NCBI GenBank assembly: GCA_951406725.2
Contig: OX597819.1
Span: 70,494,001 to 70,558,000 of the forward strand
Length of the DNA: 64,000 nucleotides
Reading direction: 5' to 3'
Source of the DNA: Octopus vulgaris
Taxonomy: Eukaryota
The position numbers and the translations under genes were made by a program. The notes under the pieces are model-generated. The model did no database searches and was not told the origin of the DNA. It saw only the letters and a list, made by a program, of their open reading frames with translations. Below are positions 1 through 13,389 of this stretch, piece by piece. Numbering within the stretch: position 1 is the first letter of the stretch; each line of letters begins with the position of its first letter.

Positions 1-202
1 CCACCATCTACTCTGCAGATCATGAGATATTTCTGATATTCAAACATCTAGAATAGTTATTTTAGCTGCTGTATGAAGCAAAATCCATATTTTGGTAATT
101 ACTCAAAGTGTTCTTAGATCACACACAAGACTTTTCTAGTATCTCCTTTTCATAAAGAACTTGTATGGTGATGGTTTTCTACTGCACTCTGTTGCTCTCC
201 TA

Positions 203-295
203 TCTTCTTCTTCTTCTTCTTCTTCTTCTTCTTCTTCTTCTTCTTCTTCTTCTTCTTCTCCTCCTCCTCCTCCTCCCCCTCCTCCCCTCCTCCTT
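203..295. repeat. (TCT)n/(CCT)n microsatellite; one of many (TA)n, (CA)n, (GA)n, (AAT)n and (CAT)n tracts in the window
   Basis: Seen directly; other long tracts lie at e.g. 3001-3042, 4361-4406, 13359-13386, 17856-17899, 31723-31772 and 34421-34530. Confidence 0.95.
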
Positions 296-545
296 CTTGA
301 TGTTTGGCCAAATTCTTCAGGTCATTCTCTCATAGAATTTTTTTTCCCCTTTTGGTCTTTTCTCATTTCTCTATCCATCTTTCCATCCGATATGGCTCTC
401 TATAATAATCTTGTTTGAAAAATAAGGTGTACTAGTGAGGTTACAGTATTGTATTACAAACCACCCGGTCAGGAGGTTCAAATTTACCACAGTTATTTTG
501 CTGGCTGAAAATGACTGGCCTGTGCCAAAATTAGAATTATTTATA

Positions 546-935
546 GGTGCAGGCATGGCTGTGTGGTAAGTAGCTTGCATACCAACCACATGGTTCCGGG
601 TTCAGTCCCACTGCATGGCACATTGGGCAAATGTCTTCTACTATAGCCTCAGGCCAACCAAAGCTTTGTGAGTGGATTTGGTAGATGGAAACTGAAAGAA
701 ACCCGTCGTATGTATATATATGTATATGTGTGCGTGTTTGTGTCTCTGTGTTTGTCCCCCCAACATTGCTTGACAACCGATGCTGGTATGTTTACGTCCC
801 CATAACTTAGCGCTTCGGCAAAGAGACCGATAAAATAAGTAATAGGCTTACAGAGAATAAGTCCTTGGGTTGATTTGTTCAACTAAAGGCGGTGCTCCAG
901 CATGACTGCAGTCAACTGACTGAAACAAATAAAAA
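546..935 (+). mobile_element. tRNA-derived SINE (dominant family), near full length
   Basis: Head GGCTGTGTGGTAAG..GGTTCAGTCCC, core TTGGGCAA.TGTCTTCTACTATAGCC, (TA)/(TG) spacer and tail CAGTCAA.TGACTGAAACAA; many copies in the window. Confidence 0.85.
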
Positions 936-2334
936 GAATAAGAAGAAAAAGAATATATTTCCTTGATAAATTTTGGTTGGATAAAAATCGTTACACATGG
1001 AAACAAAAACTTCAGATTCAGTAATGCTTTCTCCATCTTGCCAACTTTTATATATTTGAACAACTTAGTCAAAATAAAAAAAATAAAAATTTTCAAGTAC
1101 TTTTTACGTGGCACCAGTACCCATGGGATTACCAAGTGGCTTGCAAAGAAAGGATCTTTGAGCTATGAGAGGGACAGGAGGAGCTGTGAGAAGTGACCAT
1201 GTGCCAGGTGAGAGAGGTTGGAATATAATAGAGGGACAGGAGGAGCTGTCTTACTGCAGAGGAAATACTTGGCTACACCAATAGGACAAGGAAAAAGAGG
1301 GAGCTAGAGGGAGAGAGAGAGACAGAGATAGACAGACAGAGAAAGAAAGATAGAAACACTCAGAGAGAGAGAGAAAGAGAGAGATGTTACAAGAAGTTTG
1401 TGTCCTAGAACTAAAGGTGGTCTCGGGTTTAAACACTTGCAATTAATTATTGCAATGTTACCTACATCAGTAATAGATTCTGCTTTGTGGTCCATCTTTT
1501 ATGCCTATATGGAGTTGCCATGAAATGTTATTGATCATTGATATAGCATTACACCAGTGCTAGGACAACAAGCCACTGTCTTCTTTGACTGATTGTCCCG
1601 AAACCGTCGTTTCCAGCACACAAACAATACTTAACCATGAGTTAATTTATGCAACTGTTACACAACAATGTCAACAAGCTAGACATTTAAGTGTGAGAAC
1701 CAAATAAGTAATTACTTAACTCTGGTGCTTGGTGACATCAAACACCACCATTACCACCATCACCACCATCACTGCCATTATCACCACTACCATCACCACC
1801 ACCACCACCACCACCACCGCCTTCAGTGAAAGAGGTTTTATTAGTGCTGTGTTTGGGTCAGAAAATCTGTTAGTTTTTCTCAAATAAATTGACCTGAGCT
1901 AGTCACCTCTTCGAAATTATTCAGAGAGATAAATGCTTGCAGAGAGAAGTCATTACTAAGTGAGTTGGAATGTTGCAAATATTTCATGGTTTTTTTTTTT
2001 ATATATCTCTTCTGCACAAATTGAGTGGGTTTTTTTTTTTTTTTTTTTTAATTCAAAGATGTTAGAACAGCAAAAGGCTTTCAGTTTCCTTTCAAAAAAT
2101 TCTCTGAATTGGTAATCTTAGTGATTTTTCTATTTTATTTTTTTATTTCATTATTTTTTTACTCCACTACTGACATTTTTTTTTTTACTTTGCTCTTTTA
2201 TGCATTTCAATCACTGGACTGAAACCATGCTGGGGCACTGCCTTGAAGGGTTTAGACCACTGACACTCAAAACCATGGACCCCTTTGATTTCTGTTTTAC
2301 TTTCATAATTAAAAATTATAAAGAATTGTATTCT

Positions 2335-2722
2335 TTTATTCTTTTCAATCATTTGACTGTGGCCATGCTGGAGTACCATCTTTAGTCAAACAAATTAACC
2401 CCAGGACTCATTCTTTGTAAGCCTAGTACTTATTCTATCAGTCACTTTTGCCGAACCGCTAAGTTACGGAGATATAAACACACCAGCATTGGTTGTTAAG
2501 CAATGGCGGGACAGACAAACACAGACACACAAACATATACACACACACATATACGACAAGCTTCTCTCAGTTTCTGCCTACCAAATCCACTCACAAGGCT
2601 TTGGTCAGCCTGAGGCTATATAGTAGAAGACACCCCTGACCAAGGTGCCACGCAGTGGGACTGAACCTAGAACCATGTGGTTGGTAAGTGAGCTTCTTAG
2701 CACACAGCCATGCCTGCACCTA
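2335..2722 (-). mobile_element. tRNA-derived SINE (dominant family)
   Basis: Reverse-complement copy of 546-935; a further partial copy lies at 2780-3090. Confidence 0.85.
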
Positions 2723-2991
2723 TAAAAAGAAAATTGTTAAAATATTTTGTGTATTGTAGAAGTATGACCAATTTTATTATTCTTTTGTTTCAGTCAATTG
2801 ACTGTGGTCATACTGGAGCACTGCCTTTAGTCAAACAAATCGACTCCAGGACCTACTCTTTGTAATCCTAGTACTTATTCTATCAGTCTCTTTTGCTGAA
2901 CCACTAAGTTACAGAAACATAAACACGCCAGCATCGGTTGTCAAGCGATGGTGTGGGGGACAAACACAGACATACAAACACTCACACATAT

Positions 2992-3045
<54 letters not shown>

Positions 3046-3912
3046 GACGGGCTTCTTTCAGTTTCCGTCTAGCAAATCCAATCACAAGGCTATCATCCTT
3101 TCGAGGTCGATTAAATAAGTACCAGTTATGCACTGGGGTCGATGTAATCGACTTAATCCCTTTGTCTGTCCTTCTTTGTCCTCTCTATGTTTAGTCCCCT
3201 GTGGGCAATAAAGAAATATGTATGTGTATGTTTTTTATATGTTTAATAGTTGAAATGAATGTTGTTGGTTGACTTCTCCAGTCGTACTTTACACTACGTA
3301 GAGAAATGGGTGAGAGTAAGAGAGATACAGAGTGAGTTAACATGAGAAGTGCAGGATGAATGTAGATACTAGGCTTGGTGGTAGGCAATGAGTATAGAAA
3401 TGACACACACACACACAAAGAGTGTGAGAGGGAGAGAGAGAGAATCAGAGAAACAGGAATAGAAGGAGTAAACGTCAAGTTATGGTAAGAATTATACAAA
3501 TGAGGAATTTGTTTTTATGTAATTTCATTTTAGGGTAATAAATATTATTCTTTTAAAAATTAGTAGTCATTTCACCAACTTGCATAAGCATCAAGAAATT
3601 TGGCAAAAGTATACATAGGTGCAAGCGTGGCTGTGTGGTAAGAAGTTTGCTTACCAACCACATGACATCTTGGGTAAGTGTCCCTACTATATAACCTCAG
3701 CCCAGCCAAAGATTTGTGAGTGGATTTGGTTGACAGGAATAGAAAGAAGTTCATTGTGTGTGTGTATATGTATATATATGTATATATTTATTTTTATATA
3801 TATATTTTATATATAGAGATATATATATATATATACTTTCAGTGCAAATGGTTTTGTTATATGATGCCAGGTTTTACAATCCTATGTGTATATAAAATGG
3901 TATTTATATATA

Positions 3913-4120
3913 AGCCTAAAGCTTATAGCGATCACTGTGCAATTACTAATGAAAATAGTCTAATAATGGGGCATATACGCCCTCGAGAGAAAAAAGTAGG
4001 CTTTTCTAGGCTGTCCCACACAGATAGGAAAGTCTATTTTTTTCTGTTGAGGGCTTATATGCCCCATTATTAGACTATTTTCATTAGTAATTGCACAGTG
4101 ATCGCTATAAGCTTTAGGCT
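3913..4120. repeat. Long hairpin (inverted repeat) inside a (TA)n tract
   Basis: 3913-3984 is the near-perfect reverse complement of 4049-4120, and the inner segments also pair. Confidence 0.9.
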
Positions 4121-4121
4121 A

Positions 4122-4149
<28 letters not shown>

Positions 4150-4152
<3 letters not shown>

Positions 4153-4275
4153 ACTTATAAACAAGAGCAAAAAGAAAAAAAAATTCTAATGCCAAGTATG
4201 CCGAAAATAGACTTAAATCTATTTTCGGCATATTTGGCATTAGAATTTTTTCTTTTGGCCTTGTTTATAAGTTGT
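4150..4275. repeat. Near-perfect palindrome with ~60-bp arms
   Basis: ACAACTTATAAACAAG..TGCCGAAAATAGA(CTTAAA)TCTATTTTCGGCA..CTTGTTTATAAGTTGT. Confidence 0.9.
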
Positions 4276-4357
4276 TTATAAATTTAACCTTTAGATGTAT
4301 TTTTTGATATGCTGGCCATTGATAGAATTTTTTTTCGAAAAATTTTATCCTATATTA

Positions 4358-4409
<52 letters not shown>

Positions 4410-4815
4410 TGTCTTTGTGTGTGCGTTTGCCCTCCACCATTAGCTGACATCCAATGTTGGTGTGTTTACATCCCTGTAACTTAGCAGTTCAGCAAAAGAG
4501 ACTGATGGAATAAGTACCAGGCTTAAAAAAATGAAACAAATAAACAAATACAATTCATTTGACTAAAAATTCTTCAAGGCAGTGCCCCATCATGGCCACA
4601 GTCTAATGACTGAAACAAGTAAATAATAAGAGATTTTGCCATCATGTATAAAGCACCGAGAAATTTCAACTGTAATTATTGCACGTATCCCATATTTCCT
4701 AATATGACCCCATGGTGGCAAAAGTACACTTCCCATCATAAGTAGGGTATCACTCTAGTCTTTATATATTTCCTTTCGCTTTAATGCTTACATTTTCTTA
4801 AAATTTCTCTTACAG

Positions 4816-4918
4816 GTCACTGTACTGAATCCCCGAGAAGGTACAAAGATATATGCTGGTTCTACATTTGCAGATTCTTTAATAATGAACCCATCACACC
4901 CTCTCATTGCTCTAAAAG
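4816..4918 (+). CDS. CLTC-like: Clathrin TD-like exon: [34 protein letters not shown]
   Basis: tttctcttacag acceptor and G|gtaggt donor. Matches CHC VVIIDM...SADSAIMNPASKVIALK. Confidence 0.9.
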
Positions 4919-7900
4919 GTAGGTAAAATAAGTAAACCATATCTTTCTCACAATATTTCTTTTTAACCCCTACCCAGGAAATTTCTTTTGAGAAAACGTT
5001 TCCTTTTCAGACAAATTTTTTTTTTGTTTTTTTTTAATAGTATTTTTAATGCTGATTATGGAAATAACTTTTGTTTTTATCTATTTCCAATATTTTATTT
5101 GAAATTTTATTTTGAAGATACCATTTTCGCCAAAAACAAGATAACTCGTCTTTCCATATTTTAAAAATATTTTTTCATTTATTGCTTTTTTTCTTTTCCA
5201 ACCTTATCATCAAAAGTAATGGGGAATTACACAATTATTTTACTCTTTTTTTTTTCAGCCTGTCTGCTCAAAAATCTTTTTTTTTTTAATATATTTATTT
5301 TCCTGTGCTCGACATCTGTGTGTAATTTGTAAAAAAAAAAAAAGCAGACAAAAATGAGAAATGCCGGAAATTGGCATATAAACTCATCTGTGGCTGTTTT
5401 TTAAATTCTATGCTTTGGACAAGTTTACTTGTTGCACTCTGAAAAAGACAAATTTGATGAAGACGAGTTAACTCATCTTTGCTAGGTTAGGGGTTAGATT
5501 ATTCTTTCCCTCATGAAACTGAAGTATCTAGCATTCAAAAATATTCTTCTCTAGGCACAAGGCCTGAAATTTGGGGGGAGGGGACCAGTTGAGTAGATCA
5601 CCCCCAGTACGCAACTGGTACTTAATTTATCGACACCGAAAGGATGAAAGACAAAGTCGACCTCAGCAGAATAAGCATTCAAAGATATTTAAAAATAAAT
5701 ACAGTTTGAACTGCAGATTTTTTATGTATATCACACACACACACAGAGTATACTATATATGTAGTATACAGATGTGCATGCATGCAAATGTGTGTGTGTG
5801 TGTGTGTTTATACTCATCCACACATTCACTATATTGACATTGGTGTGCCTCCACATACCCATGGGTTCACAGTCTTGTAATCCATCATATTCGGGGTTGG
5901 CTCTTAATCCGAGAAAGATGAGTTCTACAAATTTTCGTTGAACAACCTGTGCAGATGCTTCATCCATAACGGTCAAAAGGTTGTGCTGCACATAGGTTCT
6001 CTCCCTCTGTAAAATTGACATTGCCTGTATAGGTATACAGTGTGCCACATGTCAGATGTTGAAATGTAACTTAGCAGTTTGACAAAAAGTGACTGATAGA
6101 ATAAGTACCAAGCTAAAACAAGCAAGTACTGAAGTTGATTTGTTTGACTATAAGTCTCCAAAGAAGTGCTCCGGCATGGCTGCAGTCCAATGATCAAGAC
6201 AAATAAATATAAAAGATCAGATTGTCACTCATGGGTAGATTGTACTTTCCTACAACAGTAGAATCTATTTGCTGTTTAGTAGAGTAAGCCAGTGAGAAGT
6301 ATGTCACTTTGCCAGTAACACAACATGGTGATGGGTGAATAAACAAGACACTTTGACTCATGGTGAAAATTGTATTAGCTTAAAAGATGTGAGACAAAGG
6401 CTTGTGGGGTTGACTCCTAGGAAAGGCTAATGATATATAAAGAACCATGCCAGTCGTATATTTGACATTTCTAAGTCTAAAAGCATAGCAGTTTATCCTG
6501 CCAAGATAAGGTCATCTGTTTTCCTAAGAGGGTCAATGCATTTTTTTTTTTGTGGGCTTTTTTTTTCTGGAATAATAATTAATTAATGACAGTTTTTGCT
6601 TTTGTTAACTTATTAATAATGAATCAGTGTGGAATAGTATGGAGAAGAGGGCCTTAGAAGTGTGCAAGGAATTGGTAAAACGGGAGGAATTTTTTTGTGT
6701 AAATTCAGAGGAAAGAAATCGTGGGTGGAGTTGAGGATTAGAAGTGGCTATAAGTTTTTTTACATTATTTACATTTTGATGGATTGTTGCCCTCATGCCA
6801 AGACAGACAATTGGAACCAGGTGTAGCTCTCTGGTTTGCCAGCTCTCTCCTGTCAAACTGTCTAACCCTCGCCAGCATGGAAAATGGATGATAAATGATG
6901 ATGGTGATAATGCGGATGCTGTTCCTTACAAACCAGCATGGAGTAGGTGGGATGAGGCTGGGCAGAAAAGAAATAAGAAACCAAAATTCCTCAATCCCTG
7001 TATTTATTTAGAGTTATTGGGACATGTTAATGATTTTGCAACTCAGCATATTTTATCCATGTGGTTGCATTCTAATAGAAATGGAAATGTTTTCTAATTT
7101 CCAAGAAGCTTTTAGAGTTAATGCTCCTATCAATCATTCTCCCTCTCTTTCTCCCCCCGCCCCCGCTAAATGTGAATAACCATATAATTGTTCTCTTGCT
7201 CTCTTCTACTATGTTATTTACATTATTTACCTTGGACGGATATGTGTCCTCATTTTGTTTGTTGTTATCACAATATATTGGCTGGTTCACTCTCCATCCT
7301 TCATCAGGTGTCCTGGTAGAATTTTGAACCTAACCCTGGGTTCTCATTCCTAAGATATTTTTTTTTTTGCCGATGTTATTATTATTATTATATATATAGC
7401 ATAATGGTTAAGAGCACGGGCTACTAACCCCCAGATTCTGAGTTCAATTCCAGGTAGTGCCTTGAACAAATAATAATAATAATAATAACATCAACAACAA
7501 AAAAATTACCTTAGGAATGAGAACCCAGGGTTGGGTTCAAAATTCTACCAAGACATACGATGAAGGCTGGAAAGTAAATCAGCCAAAACGTTGTGGTAAC
7601 AACAAACAAGATGAGGACAAAAATCTGTCCAATGTAAATAATGTACAGAGTTCTTCATCTCTAAAATATAGAACAGAAAAAACTACTAGCATTTTGCTCC
7701 CTCTCTTCTTTCATACTTAAACTCTTCATCTCTTTGCATAAAAGATCCCTTCCCTTGCTCCCACTGGTCCTGGGTTTCATAGTCTTATGAGCTGCTCGTT
7801 GACCTCATTAGTGCTGGTGGTGTGATAAAAGGACCCAGCACATGCCATAAAGTGGTTGGCATTAAGAAGTGCATCCAGCCATGGAAACCATGCCAAAACA

Positions 7901-8110
7901 GACACTGGAGCATGATGCAATCTTTGGATCCATCGGATCCTGTCAATGCATTCCACCCATGCCAGTAGGGAACAAAGATGTTAGATGATGATGATGATTC
8001 CAGCTGGCTTCATGACTTGAGGGCAAGGAAACAAGAGATAAGACAATCCTTTGTTTTTTTTTTTCCTAGTGACAGTATGATAGTCTACTAAGACAATCAG
8101 GTACTTGATC

Positions 8111-8148
<38 letters not shown>

Positions 8149-11100
8149 GCATCAGCAAAAAAAAAAAATACCTTATGAATGAGAACCCAGGGTTGGGTTC
8201 AAAATTCTACCAGGACACCTCATGAAAGATGGAGAGTAAATCAACCGAAACCAGTGTAGGAGTGAGATGGTCAAAGTGGACTAAGTATTGGTCTATTTAC
8301 TCATATGCTGCAAATTCAAATCTATTGCAAGCATTTCATTGGCTGTGTTGGCATTAGCTTTTTATTGTGCATCACCTCAATTCAATTCACTGCAGTGAAG
8401 CGGTACTCATTAATTGAGAAATCTTATTTGTTTTGGCAAAAGCAGCCTGTCAAGGAGGAAGTGTATCTTCCATTAAGCCTTTAGAATTTAAATTACTCTA
8501 TCAGATCTAATACTTATTTAATCATGCTGTTTCCAATTAATCATACATTATCTCTCTCATAGCTTTGAAATTTTAATGATGTGAATACTTATTTTTAGAA
8601 TGACCTTGTATGATAGGTGTGATAGACCAGATCTGACTGGTTTGAACATAAAACAGGTGGAATATTTGGGCTGGACATGGCAGGTTTAAGTGTTTCAGGA
8701 GCGAGATAGATATGTCAAAAATAAGAAAAAAGAAAACTCTAGAAGGGCAAAAATTTATAACAAAAATTTGTACTCGTTTTTTCCTCAACTGACCTTTGGC
8801 ACAAAAAATGGATTCAAGTGAAAAAATATTCCATTTGTGTTGCAGATATTGTTGCCAGATGTAAGGGTAGCTTCTGATTCACTGATAGATGAAGTGGTAT
8901 GTTTTCTGAGCTACCAACCCTGCAGTGAAAAGAATTTTAAGTTTCAATATGTACCACCACTCATTAAACTGATACAAATAAGTGGTACTTTATTTGTACC
9001 ACCCAGCTTGAAAGAGTTAAATACTAAAGGGTTAATATTCTTTTTTAATCTAGGCACAAGGCCTGAAATGTTTTGGGGGAAGGGGCTAGTCGATTAGATT
9101 TATCCCAGTATGCAACTGGTACTTAATTTATTGACCTTGAAAGAATGAAAGGCAAAGTCAACCTTGGCAGAATTTGAACTCAGATTGTAAAGACAGACGA
9201 AATACCGGTAAGCATTTCACCCGGTGTGCTAACAATTCTGTTAGCTCACTGCCTTGGTTAATATTGTAAAGGGTTAATATTGTACCATAAAATCAGCTAA
9301 GGATGAAGGATATAAAGCACCTTAGGGGTTTAGCAAAACAGTTAGCATTTGCATTACATGTACTCGGAAGCCCTGCGGTAAAAATGCCATTTTATTTAAG
9401 AGAGAGAAAGAGAGAAAAAGGGCCCTTTGCCAAAGGATTACAAGTGATGTTAGAGAGAAAGAGTAATTAGTGTTTTTCATAAGGTGTATATCATAATCTT
9501 CACTTTGAATGAGACAGTTAGCCAGTCAGCCATAAGTAGAATGTTATAACAACACTCAAGAGACAGAAGAGAGAGATCTAAAAGAATATTTGACATTTCA
9601 AATCAGCTGCTTGTAGTTAATTGATGTTGTTTGTTAACAATGGAGAGTGAAGTTAGCTTAATCTTAGCCAGGATATTTGTAGCAATTATTGCAAAGAGCA
9701 AGCTTAGTGGTTCAAGTAGCAGCTCTTGGGATTAAGAGGTTTAAGTATGTATGTGTCTACCATATCACTGGTACTGTATTGTATTGCCTGGAATGGTACT
9801 GGAACATTTGTTTCTTTGAAAGGGTTTGAAGTGGGGCAGGTTAGTGACTCAGATGGTGTGTTTGCGGTGTTAGGCAAGGCCTGGACAATACTTTGTCACA
9901 TTAATCTGATGTCTGGAAATGATTGACACTGCTTGTATGACAGTGACACTCATTTACGACTACCATGCAATGTCAAGACAAGGACACACACACACACACA
10001 CACACATACACACATGGTGAGCTTCTTTCTATTTTCATCTGCCAAATCCACTCACAAGGCTTTGATCAGTTCAGGGCTGTTGTAGAAGACACTTGCTGAA
10101 AGTGTCATGTAGTAGAATTGAACCTGGAATCATGTGGTTGGGAAGCAGGCTTCTTACTAAACTACTACTCTTGCACCAATGTATGAATTTTTAAAAAAAG
10201 GGTTTTCTTAATTTTTAAAGAAATTAAGATTAAGTTCTAAGTGAGCATGCTTTGTATCATCATCATCATCATCGTCGTTTAACGTCCACTTTCCATGCTG
10301 GCATGGGTTGGACGGCTTGGGTTGACTGCAGGGTTGACTGCATGGGTTGACTGCAGGCTCCAGTCTGATCTGGCATGGTTTCTACAGCTGGATGCCCTTC
10401 CTAACGTCAACCACTCTAAGAGTGTAGTGGATGATTTTTACATGCCACCAGCACAGGAGCCAGTCAAGCAGTACTGGCATCAGCCACGTTGAAAGGGTGC
10501 TTTTTTACATGCCACTAGCATGGGAGCCAGTCAAACAGCACTGGCATCGGCTACACTTGAATAGTGCTTTTTATGTGACATTAGTATGGGTGTCAGTCAG
10601 GCGGCACTAGCGTCAGCCATGCTCAAATGGTGCTTTTTACACGGGTGCCAGTCAGGCAGCATTGGCATTGGTGTAGTTCTGAAATTTTAGATATTGAAAT
10701 GGAATGGTTAAAGAATTCTTTTACTGCCAGACAACCTCCCAAACACTATCTGTTAGCTCTTTCAGTACCAACCTATGTTCTGTGATATAAACTTCCATTA
10801 AAATTTCATGTTAATTTAATTTCCAAACATCAGCACTAGATAAATAATGACAAAATTATTTTACTAAATTCTTCAGTAGTTTTCAAAATTTATCAAACAA
10901 ATGTAGAAATGTTGTAACAAAAGGGTTGTGATCTAAATTAAAACCTTCAATCAAAACCTCATGTTGCTTTGTTCCAAGCACCAGCTAAATAATTATGGTT
11001 ATTTTACAAAATTCTTTATCATTTTCCAAATTGATTGAAACAAAGTGAGTGCATTTCAACAGAAATATGATAATAAAAGGGTTAATGCTGAAATGACAGT

Positions 11101-13358
11101 GAAAAATATTTCTTTTTTTTTTTGTTTGTTTATTTGTTATTTTATCATGTCATCCTCATTATTGTTTAATTTGACAATTATTTCTCCATTTTGACATTGG
11201 TCGAATGAATGTGAAGTGCAGTTAGTTTTCATCTAAAATGCACTTTCTCTGCTGCTCTCCACATTTCCTATTGATATTTCAAACATTTCCTGAAGGGATA
11301 ATTCCATCAGGTTATTACTAATATGCCAACTTAGCCAAGAGTGGCACTTTGGTCTCACTGGCGTCACATGATAGGGTTACATTTGTTTCTTCCCCCACAC
11401 AGGGCACCATAAATGCAGAGTTTAATTGAAGTTTTGGTGTTTAATGCTATCAGAATATCTTTTATATTTTACTTGTTTCAGTCATTAGACTATGGCCAAG
11501 CTGGGGCACTACCTAGAAGAATTTTTAGTCAAATGAACCGACCCAGATACTTTGCTTTTTTTGAAGCCTTGTATTTATTTCTATGCTGGCATGGGTTGGA
11601 TGGTTTGACAGGAGCTGGTATGGTCAGGGGCCACACCAAGTTCCATAGTTTGTTTTGGCATGGTCTCTATGGCTGGGTGCCCTTCATAATGCCAACTACT
11701 TCACTGGATGCTTTTTACATGGCACTCACACCAGTGCTTTTCATGTGGCACCATCATCATCAGGGTCATCAAGTACTTTGCAAGACAAGAACCCCTCAAC
11801 TAGAAGGTGGGGGAGTAGCATTGAGGTGGTGCAGCTTTGTGCCAGTTGAGAGATTTAAGGTATAGAGGGGACAGGTATAGGTGCCTCGCTGAAGAGTAGC
11901 CACTTGGATACCCCAGAAAACAAAGGAAAGCAAGTTGGAGTGTAAGATAAAGGAAGTGAGAGTGAGAGAGATGATGACAGGGATGTACCAGGACATGCCC
12001 TCAAGGGACATTGAGGGTGGTGAGAATAGGTGGGCGATATAGAGGGTGGCGATATAGAGTGGGCAGGATGGGGTGACTGTAGCAAATGATGGAGAGAAAT
12101 ATTGAGAGAGATAGGAGAGGCTGAAGGGAAGAGGTTGTAGTAGAGAGCATTGAGAGTGATAGCAGTTAAGTGAGGAGTTGATGATAGAGAAAGGAGAGAA
12201 GGTGATTGGTGGAGACAGTAGGCAGGTTGGGGGAGATGGTAACTGGTGGGGGGGGCCGAAAGGTAACTGAGAAAGCCAGGGGTGTGTAGTATGTGCCTTT
12301 TCTGCTCTCAGGTGACAGAGGAAGTGATGAGTGTTAAGGGATGAAATGTTGGTGGTGGGGGGAGACAATTGATGGAGTAGAGCATCTTATGGACAAGCAT
12401 TATCCTTTGTTTCCACTCATCCATGAAAACATGTCTGGAAGCAGGTGAGGGTTGATGACAGGAAAGGAATCTGACCATAGAAAAATTTGCCTCAATAAAT
12501 TCCATAGAAAAATGGATATTAAATGAGGAGAGAAAGAGAGAGAGAGAGAAAGAGAAGAGCATTTACTGGGTAGAATAGAACAGGGAAGGGTTGACTGATC
12601 AGACATCTCCAACATATTTTGCAAAAGAAAAAAAAATGTTAGGGTTGGTGGGTCTGCAGTGGATTGAATGGGAAACTACATTTCCTTTCTGCTAGAACAA
12701 GTCTTTGCCAAATATCCAAACAGAGTAAATTATAAAAATAATATATTTCTAAATCTCACAGAGAGATTTATGATGCAGTAGCAGCACGATAAATCTCAGA
12801 GATTTAGAAATATATTACTTCTATTTTCAAAAATCAGTGAATGTATTTCACTCGAAATACATGTATTTTCAAAGGCAGTTAGGCATCGACAGCTAGCAAG
12901 CCATGCTACTCCAGACTGATGATGAGCAATGACTCTGAAACTAGTCTCTGGATGCTGGCTTTGCTGGGTGGAGGTGCTTGTCTCCACTTTGAAAACACGA
13001 CACAGGAAATGTGTCAAGTCCAACAATAAATGGCGTTTCCTAGGGCTAAATAACCATAGCATTCTCCCCTTTTATGGGACTGCAACATTAAGTTGACAAC
13101 ATGCTATCACTTTAAAGTAAATTATGTTGTCACATTTTGTAGAACAACCAAAGTAACTAAGTGTAGACATTTCAAATAGGGTTACTGGTTTTTGTTAAAG
13201 TTGTCCCGGAAATGTCTCGTGGATAGAGATACCAGGCACTGGTGAGGTTTGTTTTTGTGGTTTTCTGTGTGTTTTTTTTTTACTCACTCACCTTTACAGA
13301 ATTATATACCCACCCATTCCTATCATAGGATGTTGCTCACTTAGTTCACACACAGATG

Positions 13359-13389
<31 letters not shown>

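Noticed and set aside
546-630. SINE heads as functional tRNA genes
   Set aside because: They do not form a complete cloverleaf and continue into shared SINE bodies in many diverged copies.
1-4800. Missing N-terminal clathrin exons (residues ~1-50)
   Set aside because: No matching peptide with splice sites was seen; these exons presumably lie upstream of the window.
4919-4928. Alternative donor GTAG|gtaaaa after 4922
   Set aside because: It would shift the frame relative to the next exon; the donor after 4918 keeps the clathrin alignment.
11796-12368. 190-aa - strand ORF (also 47610-48023)
   Set aside because: It lies in purine-rich low-complexity repeat sequence attached to a SINE-like element and has no recognisable domain.
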